Shown here in pieces: positions 32,501 through 47,196 of a DNA stretch of 64,000 nt. Numbering within the stretch: position 1 is the stretch's first letter; each line of letters begins with the position of its first letter. The DNA is from the human T2T-CHM13v2.0 reference genome, Homo sapiens, in assembly GCF_009914755.1 (NCBI RefSeq), contig NC_060929.1; one strand, 5' to 3'. Position numbers and translations under genes: made by a program. Under the pieces are notes generated by a model. It made no database searches, had not been told where the DNA came from, and saw only the letters and a list, made by a program, of their open reading frames with translations.

Positions 32501-35500
32501 GGTTCAATTCTGTGAGATGAGTGCACACATCACAAAGAAGTTTCTCAGAATTCTTCTGTCAAGTTTTTATGTGAAGATATTTCCTATTTCCCCATTGGTT
32601 TCAAGGGGCTCACAAATATCCCTTTGTGAATTCTACTAAATAACTGTTTCCAAACTGCTCAATCGAAAAAAGGTTCAATTCTGTGAGATGAATGCACACA
32701 TCACAAAGAAGTTTCTCAGAATTCTTCTGTCAAGTTTTTATGTGAAGATATTTCCTATTTCCCCATTGGTTTCAAGGGGCTCACAAATATCCCTTTGTGA
32801 ATTCTACTAAACGACTGTTTCCAAACTGCTCAATCCAAACAAATGTTCAACTCTGTTAGATGAATGTACACATCAAAAAGAAGTTTCTCAGAATGCTCTG
32901 TCTAGTTTTTTTGGGAAGATAGTTCCTTTTCGATCGTAGTCCTCAAAATGCTCAAAACATCCACTTGCATATTCTACAAAAAGAGAGTTTTGAAATAGCT
33001 CAAATAAAAGAAAGTTTCAACTGGGTGAGATGACAGTACACATCCAAAAGAGGTTTCTGAGAATGTTTCTGTTTAGTTTTTATGTGAAGGTATTTCGTAT
33101 GTCCCCATAGGCCTCAAGGGCCCCCATATATCCCTTTGCAGATTCTACAAAACTACTGTTTCCAAACTGGTCAATCAAAAGAAATGTTCAAATCTGTGAG
33201 ATGAAATCATACATCACCAAGTAGTTTCTCAGAATGCTTCTTTCTAGTTTTTATGTGAAGATATTTCCTTTTCCACCATAGGCCTCAAAGCTCTCCAAAA
33301 ATTCACTTGCAGATTCTACAAAAAGAGTGTTTCCAAATTGCTCAATCAAAGGAAAGGTGCAACTCTGTGAGTTGAATTCACACATCACAAAGTAGTTTCT
33401 CAGAATGTTTCTGTCTAGTATTTATATGAAGATATTACCTTTTTCCTCATAGGCCAAAAAGAGCTCAAAGTATCCATTTGCAAGTACTACAAAAAGATTG
33501 TTTCCAAACCTCTCATTCAAAAGAAAGGTTCAACTCTGTGAGATGCATACACACGTGTCAAAGAATTTTCTCAGAATTCTACTTTGTCTAGTTTTTATGT
33601 GAAGATATTTCCTTTTTCACCCTAGGCCTCAAATCGCTCCAAATATCCCTTCTCAGATACTACAAAAAGACAGTTTTCAAACTGCTCAATCAAAATAAAT
33701 TTTCAACTCTGTGAGATGAATGCACACTTCACAATGGAGTTTCTCAGAATGCTTCTGTCTAGTTTTTATGTGAAGATATTTCCTTTTCCACCACAGGCCT
33801 CAAAGCTCTCCAAATATCCACTTGCAGATACTTCAAAGAGAGTGTTTCAAAACTGCTCAATCAAAAGAAATGTTCAACTCTGTGAAATGAATGCACACAT
33901 AACAAAGAAGTTTATCAAAATGCTTCTGTCTAGTTTTTATGTGAATATATTTCCTTTTTCACCATAGTCCTCAAAGTGCTCCAAGAATCCATTTGCAGAT
34001 GATACAGATAGACAGTTTCCAAACTGCTCAATCAAAATAAATGTTCAACTCTGTAAGATGAATTCACACCTCTCAAAGAAGTTTCTCAGAATGCTTCTGT
34101 CTAGTTTTTATGTGAAGATATTTCATTTTCCACAATAGGCCTCAAAGCACTCCAAATATCCACTTGCAGATTCTACAAAAAGATTGCTTCAAAGCTACTC
34201 AATCAAAAGAAATGTTCAACTCTCTGAGATGAATGCACAAATCACAAAGAAGTTTCTCAGAATGCTTCTGTCTAGTTTTTATGTGAATATATTTCCTTTT
34301 TCTCAATAGGCCTAAAAGCCCTCCACATATCCATTTGCAGATACTATAAAAAGACTGTTTCCAAACCTCTAAATCAAGAGAATGTTTCTACCATGTGACT
34401 TGAATACATACATCACAAAGAAGTTTCTCAGAATGCTGCTGCCTGTTTTTTATGTGAAGATATTTCCTTTTGCAGAGTAGGCCTCAAAGTGCTCCAAATA
34501 TCCAATTGCAGATTCTACAAAAGTGTTTCCAAACTGCTCAATCAAAAGAAAGGTTCATCTGTGTGATACAAATGCCCACATCACAAAGGAGTTTCTCAGA
34601 ATGCTTCTGTTTATTATTTTATTTTTTTTTTTGACAGATATTTCCTTTTAATCCATAGGCCTCAAAGCGCTCCAAATATCCACTAACAGATACTACAAAA
34701 AGACATTTTCCAAACTACTCAATCAAAAGAAAGGTTCAGCTCTGTGAAATGAATATACACATCACAATGAAGTTTCTCAGAATGCTTCTGTCTAGTTTTT
34801 ATCTGAAGATATTTCCTTTTCCACTGTAGGCCTCAAAGCGCTCCAAATATCCACTTGCAGATTCTAAAAAAAGAAGTTTCAATACTGCTCAATCAAAAGA
34901 ATGGTTCAACTCTGTGAGATGAATGCACACATCACACACAAGTTTCTCAGGATGCTTCTTTCTAGTTTTTATGTGGAGATATTTCCTATTTCCCCATAGG
35001 CCTCAATTGGCTCAAAAATATCCCTTTGCAGATTCTGCAAAATGAATGTCTCCAAACTGCACAATCAAAAGAAATATTCAACTCTGTGAGATGAATGCAC
35101 AAATCACAAAGATGTTTCACAGAGTGCTTCAGTCTAGTTTTTATATGATGATGTTTCCTTTTCCCACATAGACCTCAAAGCGCTCCAAATATCCACTTGA
35201 AGATTCTTCAAAAAGCGTGTTTCAAAACTGCTCAATCAAAAGAAAGGTTCAACTCTCTGAGACGAATGCCCACATCACAAAGGAGGTTCTGAGAATGCTT
35301 CTGTCTAGTTTTTATGTGAAGATATTTCCTTTTCCACCTGAGGCCTCAAAGTGCTCCAAATATCTATTGCGGAGTCTACCATAGAGTGTTTCAAAATTGC
35401 TCAATCAAAATAAAGTTTTGGCTCTGTGATATGAATGCACACATCACCAAGAAATTTATCAGAATCCTTCTGTCTAGTTTTTATGTGAAGATATTTCCTT

Positions 35501-38500
35501 TTTCATGATAGGCCTCAAAGCACTCAAAGAAAACTTTTCCAGATACTACAAAAAGGCATTTTCCAAACTGCTCAATCAAATGAAATATTCAACTCTTTGA
35601 GATGAAAGCACACATCACAAAGATGTTTTACACAATGCTTCTGTATAGTTTCCACGTGGAGATATTTTTTTTCACCATAGGCCTCAAAGCATTTCAAATA
35701 TCCATTTGCAGATACTACAAAAAGACAGTTTCCAAACTGCTCAATCAAAACAAATGTTCATCTATGTGAGATGATTGCACACATCACAAAGAAGTTTCTT
35801 AGAATGTTTCTATCTAGTTGATATGTGAAGATATTTCCCTCTCCACCATAAGCCACAAAGTGCTCCAAATATCCACTTGCATATTCTACAAAAAGAGTGT
35901 TTCAAAACTGGTCAATCAAAAGAAAGGTTCAAGTCTTTGAGATGAATGTGCACATCACAAAGGGGTTTCTCAGAATACTTCTGTCTACTTTTTCTGTGAA
36001 GATATTTCTTTTTCACCATAGGCCTCAAATGGCTGGGAAATATCCCTTTGCAGATTGCACAAAGAGAATGTTTCCAAGCTGCTCAATGAAAAGAAAATTT
36101 CAGCTCTCTTAGATGAATGCAGATATCACAAAGAAGTTTCTCACAATGCTTCTGTCTAGTTTTTTTGTGTAGATATTTGCTTTTTCACCATAGGCCTCAA
36201 AGCGCTCCAAATATCCATTTCCAGATTCTACTAATCAAAGCAGTTTCTAAGAATGCTTCTGTCTAGTTTTTAAGTGAAGATGTTTCCGTTTTCACCATAG
36301 GCCTCAAAGCACTCCAAATATCCACTTGCAGATTCTACAAAAAGAGTGTTTCAAAACTGCTCTATCAAAAGAAAGGTTCAACTCACAGAGTTGAATGCAC
36401 ACATCATGAAGAAGTTTTTCAGAATACCTCTGTCTAGTTATTTGGGAAGATATTTCCTTTTTCACCGTATGAATTAAACCGCTCACAAATATCCCTCTGA
36501 AGATACTACAGAAAGACTGTTTCCAAACTGCTCCATCAAAAGTATCGTTCAATTCTTTGAGATGAATGCACATATCACAAAGAAGTTTCTCAGAATGGTT
36601 CTGTATAGTTTTTATCTGAAGATATCTCCTTTTTCACCATAGGCCTCAAATTGCTCCAAATATCCATTTGCAGATTCTACAAAAAGAAAGTTTAAAAAAT
36701 ACTCAATGTAAAGAAAGGTTCAACTCTGTGAGATGAAAGATCACATCACAAAGAAGTTTCTCAGAAAGTTTCTGTCTAGTTTTTATGTGAAGATATCTCC
36801 TATTTCATCATAGGCCTCAATGGACTCAGAAATATCCCTTAGCATGTTCTACAAAAGGACTGTTTCCAAACTGCTCAATCCAAGGAAAGTTTCAAATCTT
36901 TGAGAACAATGCACACATCACAAAGAAGTTTCTCACAATGCTTCTGTCTAATTTTTATGTGAAGATACTTGTTTTTCACCATAGACATCAAACGGCTCAG
37001 AAATATCTCTGCAGATTATACAAAAAGACTGTTTCCAAACTGCTCAATCAAAAGAAAGGTTCACCTCTGTGAGATGAAAGCATACATCACAAAGAAGTTT
37101 CTCAGAAACCTTCTGTCTAGTTTTTGTGTGAAGATATTTTCTATTTCACCAAAGGCCATAAAGGGCTCAGAAACATCCATTTGCAGATTCTACAAATGGA
37201 CTCTTTCCAAACTGCTCAGTCAAACGAAAGTTTCAACTCTGTGAGATGAATGCACACATCACAAGGAAGTTTCTCGGAATGCTTATGTCTAATTTTCATG
37301 TGAAGATATTTCCGTTTTCACCATGGGCCACAAAGCACTCCAAATATCCATTTGCAGATACTACAAAAAGAGTATTTCCAAACTGCTGAATGAAAACAAA
37401 GGTGCAACCCTTTGAGATTAAAGCAAATATCACAAAGAAGTTTCTCAGAAAGTTTCTTTCTAGTTTTTAAGTGAAGATATTTCCTTTTTCACCATAGTCC
37501 CCAAAGCACTCCAAATATCCTTTTGCAGATTGTACAAAAAGACTGTTTCCAAGCTGCTCAATCAAAACAAAAGTTCAACTCTGTGAGATGAATGCACACA
37601 TCACAAAGAACTTTCCAACATGCTTCTAATTTTTCTGTGAAGATATTTCCTGTTTCACCATAGGACTCAAAGGGCTCACAAGTATCCCTTTGCAGATTCT
37701 ACAAAAGGACTGTTTCCAAACTGCTCAATGAAAAGAAACGTTCAGCTCTGTGAGATGAATACACACATCACAAAGAAGTTTCTCAGAATCCTTCTGTCTA
37801 GTTTTCATGAGAAGATATATCTTTTTCACCATTGGCCTCAAACTGCTCAGAAATATCCATTTGAAGAAGGGAAAAAAGACTGTTTCCAAACTGCTCAATG
37901 AAAAGAAAGGTTCAACTCTGTGAGATGAATGCGAAAATCAAAAACAGGTTTCTCAGAAAGCTTCTGTCTAGTTTTATGTAAAGGTATTTCCTTTTTCACC
38001 ATAGGCCTCAAACCGCTCAAAAATATCCCTTTGAAGATACTACAAAAAGAGTGTTTCCAAACTGCTCAATGGAAGAAATGTTTAAATCTGTGAGATGAAA
38101 GCACACATCACAAAGATGTTTCTCAGAATGTTTCTATCTAGTTTTTATGTGAAGATACTTCTTTTTCACCATAGGCCTCAAACTACTCACAAATATGAGT
38201 CTGCAGATCCTACAAAAAGACCGTTTCCAAACTGCTCAATCAAAAGAAAAGTTCAACTCCTGAGATGAATGCACACATCACAAAGTCGTTTCTCAGAATG
38301 CTTCTGTCTAGTTTTTATGTGAAGATATTTCCTCTTTCACCATAGGCCTCAAAGCACTCCAAATATCAATTTAGAGATTCTACAAAAAGACTGGTTCCAA
38401 ACTCCTCATTGAAAACAAAGGATGAACTGTGTGAGATGAATGGAGGCATCACAAACAAGTTTCTCAGAAAGCTTCTCTCTACTTTTTATGTGAAGATATT

Positions 38501-41500
38501 TCTTATTTCATCATAGGCCTCAATGGGCTCACAAATAGCCCTTTGCAGATTCTACAAAAGGACTATTTCCAAACTGCTCAATGAAAAGAAAACTTCAACT
38601 CTGTGTGATGAATGCACACATCACAAAGAAGTTCTCAGAATGCTTCTGTCTAGTTTTTATGTGAAGATATCTCCGTTTTCACCATAGGCCTCAAAGCACT
38701 CCAAATATCCATTTGCAGATTCTACAAAAATACTGTTTCCAAGCTACTCAATCAAAAGTATGGTTCAACTCTGTGAGAAGAAAGCAAGCCTCACAAAGAA
38801 GTTTCTCAGAAAGCTTCTGTCTAGTTTTTATGTGCAGATATTTCCTATTTCACCATGGGCCATAAAGGAATCACAAATGTCCCTTTGCAGATAGTACAAA
38901 AAGACTCTTTCCAAACTACTCTACCGAAAGAAAGATTCAACACAGTGAGAGGAATGGACACATCACAGGGAAGTTTCACAGAATGCTTCTGTCTAGTTTT
39001 TATGTGAAGACACTTCTTTTCCACCATAGGCCACAAACGGCTCAGAAATAAACTTTTGCAGATTGTACAAAAAGACTGTTTCCAAACTGTTCAATCAAAA
39101 GAAAGTTTTAACTCAATGAGATGAATACACACATAAAAAAGAAGTTTCTCAGAATGCTTCTGTCTACATTTCATGTGAAGATATTTCCTTTTTCGTCATA
39201 GGCCTCAAAGCGCTCTAAATATCCACTTGCAGATACTACAAGAAGACTGTTTCCAAACGGCTCAATAAAAAGGAAGGTTCAACTCTGTGAGATGAATAAA
39301 CACATCACAATAAAGTTTCTCAGAATGCATCTGTCTAGTTTTTATGTGAATACATTTCCTTTTTCACCAAAGGCTCTAAATCACGCACAAATATCCCTCT
39401 GCAGACACTATAAAAAGACTGTTTCCAAACTGCTCCATAAAAAGAAAGGTTCAACTCTGTAGACGAATGCACACATCACAAGGAAGTTTCTCAGAATGCT
39501 TCTGTGTAGTTTTTATGTGAAGATATTTCCTTTTTCACCATAGGCCTCAAAGCGCTCCAAATATGTGTTTGTAGATTCTACAAAAAGAGTATTTCCAAAC
39601 TGCTCAATCAAAAGAAACTTTCAACTCTATGAGATGAAAACACAAATCACACAGAAGTTTCTCAGAAACTTTCTATCTAGTATTTATGTGAAGATACATT
39701 GTATTTCACCATAGGCCTCAATGGGCTCAGAAATACCCTTTGCAGATTCTACAAAAGGACATTTTCCAATCTGCTGAAGCAAAAGAAAGGGTCGACTCTG
39801 TGAGATGAATGCACACATCACAAAGAAGTTTCTCAGAATGCTTCTGTCTAGTTTTTATGTGAAGATATTTGCTTTTTCACAATAGCCTCAAATGGCTCAG
39901 AAATATCCCTTTGCAGATTGTACAAAAAGACCCTTTCCAAACTGCTCAATCAAAAGAAAGTTTCAAGCCTCTGATATGAAAGCACACATCACAAAGAAGT
40001 TTCTCAGAAAGCTTCTGTCTAGTTTTTATGTGAAGATATTTCCTTTTTCACCACAGACCTCAAACCGCTCACAAATATCCCTTTGCAGATTCTACAAAAA
40101 GACTGTTTCCAAACTGCTCAGTGAAAAGAAAGGTTAAACTCTGTGAGATGAAAGCACGCATCACAAAATGTATCTCAGAATGCTTCTGTCTAGTTTTTAT
40201 GTGAAGATATTTCCTTTTCAACTACAGGCTTCAAAGCACTCCAAATATCCATTTGCAGATACTACAAAAAGAGGGTTTACAAACTGCTCAATCAAAAGAA
40301 AGGTTCAACTCTGTGAGATGAATGCACACATCACAAAGAAGTTTCTCAGAATGCTTCTGTCTAGTTTTTATGTGAAGATATTTCCTTTTTCACCATATGC
40401 CTTAAACTGCTCACAAATATCCCTCTGCTGATACTACAAAAAGACTCTTTCCAAACTGCTCCATCAAAAGAATCATTCAACCCTTTGAGATGAATGCACA
40501 CATAACAAAGAAGTTTCTCCAAAACTTCTGTCAGTTTTTACATGAAGACATTTCCTTTTTCACCGTATGCCTTAAAACGCTCCCAAATATCCCTCTGAAG
40601 TTACTACAAAAAGACTGCTTCTAAACTGCTCAAAAGAAACATTCAACATTGTGAGATGAATGCATACATCACACAGAACTTTTTCAGAATGCTTCCATCT
40701 AGTTTTTATTTGAAGATGTTTCCTTTTTCACCATAGGCCTCAAAGCACTCCAAATATCCATTTCCAGAATCTACAAAAAGACTGTTTCCAAACTGCTCAA
40801 TCAAAAGAAAAATTCAACTCTGTGAGATGAAAGCACATATCAAAAAGTAATTTCTCAGAAAGCTTCTGTGTAGTTACAATGTGAAGATATTTCCTATTTC
40901 ATCTTAAGCAATAAAAGGCTCACAAATATCCCTTTGTAGATTTTACAAAAAGACTGTTTCCAGCTGCTCAATCAAAGGAAGGTTTCAACTTTGTGAGATG
41001 AATGCACACATCACAAAGAAGTTTCTCAGAAATCTTCTGTCTAGTTTTTATGTTAAGATATTTCCTTTTTCATCATAGGCCTCAAAGCACTTCAAATAAT
41101 CTTTAGGAGATTCTACAAAAAGAGTGTTTCCAAACTGCACAATAAAAAGAAAGGTTCAACTCGGTGAGATGAAAGCACATATCACAAAGAGGTTTCGTGG
41201 AAAGCTTCTCTCTAGTTTTTATGTGAAGGTATTTCATATTTCACCATAGGCCTCAATGGGCTCAGAAATATCCCTTTACAGATCCTACAAAAGGACTGTT
41301 TCCAAACTGCTCAATACAAGGAGAGGTTCAAATCTGTGTGATGAATGCCCAAATCCAAAGAAGTTTCTCAGAATGCTTCTGTCTAGTTTTCATGTGAAGA
41401 TATTTCTTTTTCACCATAGGCCTCAAACGGCTCAGAAATATTCCTTTGCAGATTGTACAAAAAGACTGTTTGCAAACTGCTCAATCAAAAGGAATGTTCA

Positions 41501-42145
41501 ACTTTGTGAGATGAATGCAGGCATCACAAACAAGTTTCTCAGGATGCTTCTGTCTAGTTTTTATGTGAAAATATTTCTCTTTTCACCATAGGCCTCAAAG
41601 CGCTCCAAATAACCATCTGCTGACACTTCTAAAAGACTGTTTCCAAACTGGTCAATCAAAAGAAAGGTTCAATACCGTGAGATCAAAGCATCCATCCCAA
41701 ACAAGTTTCTCAGGAAGCTTTTGTCTAGTTTTGTGTGAAGATATTTCCTATTTCATGATAGGCCATCAAGGGCTCACAAATATCCCTTTGCAGATACTAC
41801 AAAAGGACTCTTTCCAAACTGCTCAATCAAAAGAAAAGTTCAACTGTGTGAGATGAATGGTCACATCACAAAGAAGTTTCTCAGAATGTTTCTATCTAGT
41901 TATGTGAAGATATTTCCTTTTTCGCCATAGGCCTTAAACTGCTCACAAATATCCCTCTGCAGATACTACAAAAAGACTGTTTCCAAACTGCTCCATCAAA
42001 AGAAAGGTTCAATTCTGTGAGGTGATGCACACATCCCAAAGAAATTTCTCAGAATCCTTCAGTCTAGTTTTTATGTGAAGATATTTCCTTTTTCACTGTA
42101 AACCTCAAAGTGCTCCAAATATCCATCGGCAGAGTCTACAAAAAG
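23572..42145 (-). repeat. Monomeric alpha satellite, block 3 (layer 2 grading into layer 3 at ~32.5-36 kb)
   Basis: Monomers are enriched in tttctgagaatg, ttttcagctatagg and atccatttgcagatactac until ~32.5 kb. After that the gctcacaaatatccct / aaaagactgtttcc types take over. Confidence 0.98.
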
Positions 42146-42756
42146 TGGAAGTCAGTGTGGCGATTCCTCAGGATCTAGAACTAGAAATACCATGAGATCT
42201 AGAACTAGAAATACCATTTTACCCAGCCATCCCATAACTGGATGTATATCCAAAGGCTTATAAATCATGCTGCTATAAAGACACATGCACACTTATGTTT
42301 AGTGCGGCACTATTTACAATAGCAAAGACTTGGAACCAACCCAAATGTCCAACAACAATAGACTGGATTAAGAAAATGTGGCAGATATACACCATGGAAT
42401 ACTATGCAGCCTTAAAAAATGATGTGTTCATGTCCTTTGTAGGGACATGGATGAAACTGGAAACCATCATTCTCAGCAAACTATCACAAGCACAAAAAAC
42501 CAAACACCGCATGTTCTCACTCAAGGTCGGAATTGAACAATGAGAACACATGGACACAGGATGGGGAACATCACACTCCAAGACTGTTGTGGGGTGGGGG
42601 GAGGGGTGAGGGATAGCATTAGGAGATATACCTAATGCTAAATCACGAGTTAATGGGTGCAGCACTCCAACATGGCACATGTATACATATGTAACAAACC
42701 TGCACATTGTGCGCATGTACCCTAAAACTTAAAGTATAATAATAATAAAATTTAAA
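42146..42756 (+). mobile_element. LINE-1 (L1PA4-like) insertion 3, 5'-truncated 3' end
   Basis: Runs from tggaagtcagtgtggcgattcc through the 3'UTR (gctaaa...ccaacatgg...gtaacaaacctgcacattgtg) to the tail. Short TSD aaaaag at 42140-42145 and 42757-42762, and the satellite resumes in phase. Confidence 0.95.
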
Positions 42757-45700
42757 AAAAAGACTGTTTCCAAACTGCTTAATCAATAGAAGGTTTCAAC
42801 TCAGTGAGATGAACGCACACATCACAAAGGAATTTCTCAGAAAGATTCTGTCTAGTTAGTTTTTATGTCAAGATATTTCCTATTTCACCATAGGCCTCAA
42901 TCCACTCAGAAATATCTCTTTGCAGATTCTACCAAAGGGCTGTTTCCAAACTGCTCAATCAAAAGAAAGTTTCAACTCTGTGAGATAAAAGCATACAACC
43001 TAAAGAAATTTCCAGAGGGCTTCTGTCTAGTTTTTGTGAGAAGATATTTCCTATTTCACCACAGGCCATCAAGGGCTCAGAAATATCCCTTTGCAGATTG
43101 TAGAAAAGGACTCTTTCCAAACTGCTCAATCAAAAGAAATGTTCAACACTGTGAGATGAATGGAACATAACAAAGAAGTTTCTCAGAATGTTTCTGACTA
43201 GTTTTTATGTGAAGATATTTCTTTTTCAAGACAGGCCTCAAATGGTTCAGAAACATCCCTTTGCAGATTGTACAAAAAGACTGTTTCCAAATTGCTCAAT
43301 CAGAAGAAATGTTCAACTCTGTGAGATGAATGCAGGCATCACAAAGACTTTTCTCAGAATGCTTCTGTCTAGTTTTTATGTGAAGATATTTCCTATTTCC
43401 CCATAGTCCTTAAAGGGCTCCCAAATATCCCTTTGCAGATTCTACAAAAGGACTCTTTCCAAATGGCTCAATTAAAAGAAAGGTTCAACTCTGTGAGATG
43501 AATGCACACATCACAAAGATGTTTCTCAGAATGTTTCTGTCTAGTTTTTATGTGAAGATATTTCCTTATACACCATAGGCCTTAAACCGCTGGCAAATAT
43601 CCCTCTGCTGATACTACAAAAAGACTGTTACCAAAATGCTCCATCAAAAGAAAGGTTCAACTCTGGGAGATGAATGCACACATCACAAAGGAGATTCTCA
43701 GAATGCTTCTGTCTGGTTTTTATGTAAAGATATTTCTTTTTCACCATAGGCCTCAAAGGGCTCAGAAATATTTCCTATTTCACCATAGGCTATAAAAGGC
43801 TCACAAATATCCCTTTGCAGATTATATGTAAAGACTGTTTCCAAACTGCTCAATCAAAAGATAGGTTCAACTCTGTGAGATGAATGGACACATCATAAAG
43901 AAGTTTCTTAGAATGCTTCTGCCTAGTTTTTATGTGAAGATATTTCTTTTTCACCATAGGCCTCAAGGGGCTCAGAAATATCCCTTTGCAGATTGTGCAA
44001 AAAGACTTTCCAAACTACTCAATCAATAGAAAGGTTCAACTCTGTGAGATGAATGCACACTTTACAAAGAATTTTCTCAGAATACTTCTGTCGAGTTTAT
44101 TTTGAAGATATTTCCTTTTTCACCACAGGTCTCAAAGAGGTCCATATATCCATTTGCAGATTCTACAAAAAGACTGTTTACAAACTGCTCAATCAATGGA
44201 AACGTTCAACTCTCTGACATGAAAGCATACATCACAAAGAAATTTCTCAGAAATCTTCTGTTTAGTTTTTGTGTGAAGATATTTCCTATTTCACCATAGG
44301 CCAACAAGGGCTCACAAATATCCATTTGCAGATTCTACAAAAAGACACTTTCCAAACTGCTCAATCAAAAGAAATGTTCAACTCTGTGAGATGAATGGAC
44401 ACATCACAATGATGTTTCTCAGAATTCTTCTGTCTAGTTTTTCTGTGAACATACTTCTTTTTCACCATAGGCCTCAAGAGGCTCAAAATATCCCTTTGCA
44501 GATTGTGCAAAAAGACTGTTTCCAAACTGCTCAATCAAAAGAAAGGTTCAACTCTGTGAAATGAATGCACATATCACAAAGAAGTTTCTCAGAAAGCTTC
44601 AGTTAAGTTTTTATGTGAAGATATTTCCTTTTTCACCATAGGCCTCAAAGCCCTCCAAATATCCTTTTTCAGATTCTACAAAAAGAGTGTTTCCAAACTC
44701 CTCCAGCAAAAGAGAGGTTCAACCCCATGAGATGAATGCACTCATCACAAAGAAGTTTCTCAGAATACTTCTGTCTAGTTTTTATGTGAAGATATTTCCT
44801 TTTTCAACATAGGCCTCAAAAGGCTCCAAATATCCACTTGCAGATATTACAAAAAGTGTGTTTCTAAACTGCTCAACCAAAGGAAGTTTCAATTTTGTGA
44901 GATGAATGCACACATCACAAGGAAGTTTCTCATAATTATTCTATCTAGTTTCAATGTGAAGGTATTTCCTTTTTCACCATAGGCCTTAAACCTCTCACAA
45001 ATATCTCTCTACAGATACTACAGAAAGACTGTTTCCAAACTTCTCAATCAAAAGAAACATTCAACTTTGTTAGATGAATGCACACATCACAAAGAAGTTT
45101 TTCAGAATACTTCTGTCTAGTTTTTATGTGCAGATATTTCCTTTTTCACCATAGGCCTCAAAGTGCTCCAAATATCCATTTGCAGATTCTACAAAAAGAC
45201 TGTTTCCAAACTGCTCGATCAAAATAAATGTTCAACTCTGTGAGAAGAAAGCACACATGACAAAGGAGTTTCTCAGAATGCTTCTATCTAGTTTTTGTGT
45301 GAAGATATTTCCTTTTTCACCTTAGGCCATAAAGCGCTCACAAATATCCCTTTGCAGACTGTACAAAAAGACTGTTTCCAAACTGCTCAATAAAAGGAAG
45401 GGTTCAACTCTGCAAGATGAATGCAAACATCACAAAGAAGTTTCTCAGAGAGATTCTGTTCGATTTTTATGTGAAGATGTTTCCTTTTTCACCATAGTCC
45501 TCGAAGCACTTCAAATATCCATTTGCAGTTACCACAAAAAAAGTGAATACTAACTGCTAGATCAAAAGAAAGGTTCAAGTCTGTGAGATGAAAGCACACA
45601 TCACAAAGAATTTTCTTAGGAAGCATCTGTCTACTTTTTATGTGAAGATATTTCATATTTCACTCCAGATCTCAATGAGCTCAGAAATGTCCCTTTGCAT

Positions 45701-47196
45701 ATTCTACAAAAGGACTGTTTCCAAACTGCTCAAAACAAAGAAAGTTTCAACTCTGTGTGATGAATGGACACATAACAAAAAGTTTCTCAGAATGCTTCTG
45801 TCTAGCCTTTATATGAAGATATTTCCTTTTTCACTATTGGGCTCAAACCGTTCACAAATATCCCTCTGCAGATACTATGAAGAGACTGATTCCAAACTGC
45901 TAAATCAAAAGAAAGGTTCAACTCTGTGCGATCAATGCACAGGTCACAAAGAAGTTTCTCAGAATGCTTCTGTCTAGTTATTATGTGAAGACATTTCCCT
46001 TTTAACCATAGTCCTCAAAGCGCTCCACATATCCATTTGCAGATTCTGCAAAAAGACTGTTTAAAAACTGCTCTAACAAAAGAAAGGTTCAATTCTGAGT
46101 GATGAAAGCACACATCACTGAGAAGTTTCTCAGAAAGATTCTTTCTAGTTTTTATTTGAAGATATTTCCTTTTTCACAATAGTCCTCAAAGCAATCCATA
46201 TATACTTTTGCGATTATACAAAAAGACTGTTTCCAAACTCCTCAATCAAAAGAAAGGTTCAACTCTGTGAGATGAATGCACACATATCAAAGAACTTTCT
46301 CACAAAGTTCTGTCTAGTTTTTCTGTGAATATATTTCCTATTTCACCATAGGCCTCAAAGGGCTCACAAATATCCCTTTGCAGATTCTACAAAAGGATTC
46401 TTTTCAAACTTCTCAATCAAAAGAAAGGTTCACCTCTGTGAGATGAATGGTTGCATCACAAGGAAGTTTCTCAGAATGCTTCTGTCTAGTTTTTATGTGA
46501 AGATATTTACTTTTTCACCAAAGTCATTAAACCGCTCACAAATATCCCTCTGTAGATACTACAAAAAGACTGTTTCCAAACTGCTCCTTCAAAAGAAATG
46601 TTCATCTCTGTGAGATGAATGCACACATCACAAAGAAGTTTCTCAGAATGCTTATGTCTAGTATTTATTGTGAAGATATTTCCTTTTTCACTACATGCCT
46701 CAAAGTGCTCCAAATATTTATTAGCAGATTCTACAAAAAGACTGTTTCCAAACTGCTCAATCAAAAGAAATGTTCAACTATGTGAGATGAAAGCACACAT
46801 CACAAAGAAGTTTCTCAGAAAGCTTCTGTTTAGTTTTTATGTGAACATATTTCCTTTTTCACCATAGGCCTCAAAGTGCTCCAAATATCCATTTCCAGAT
46901 TCTACAAAAAGACTCTTTCCAAACTGTTCAATCAAAAGAAAGGTTCAACTCTGTAGGATGAATGCACACATCACAAAGAAGTTTCTCAGAATGCTTCTGT
47001 CTAGTTTTTTTGTGAAGATGTTACCTTTTTCACAACAGGCCTTAAACTGCTCTCAAATATCCCTATGGAGATACTACAAAGAGACTGTTTCCAAACTGCT
47101 CAAGCAAAAGAAAGGTTCAAATCTGTGAAATGAATGTACACATCACGAGGAAGTTTCTCAGAAAGCTTCTGTTTAGTTTTTATATGAAGATATTTC
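42757..47196 (-). repeat. Monomeric alpha satellite, block 4 (layer 3)
   Basis: 171/172-bp monomers with cctatttcaccatagg, gggctcacaaatatccct and aaaagactgtttcc motifs. Confidence 0.99.

Noticed and set aside
34608-34636. T-rich tract inside a monomer as a possible retro-insertion tail
   Set aside because: There is no element body or TSD, and it is most simply a slippage expansion of the monomer's own T-run.
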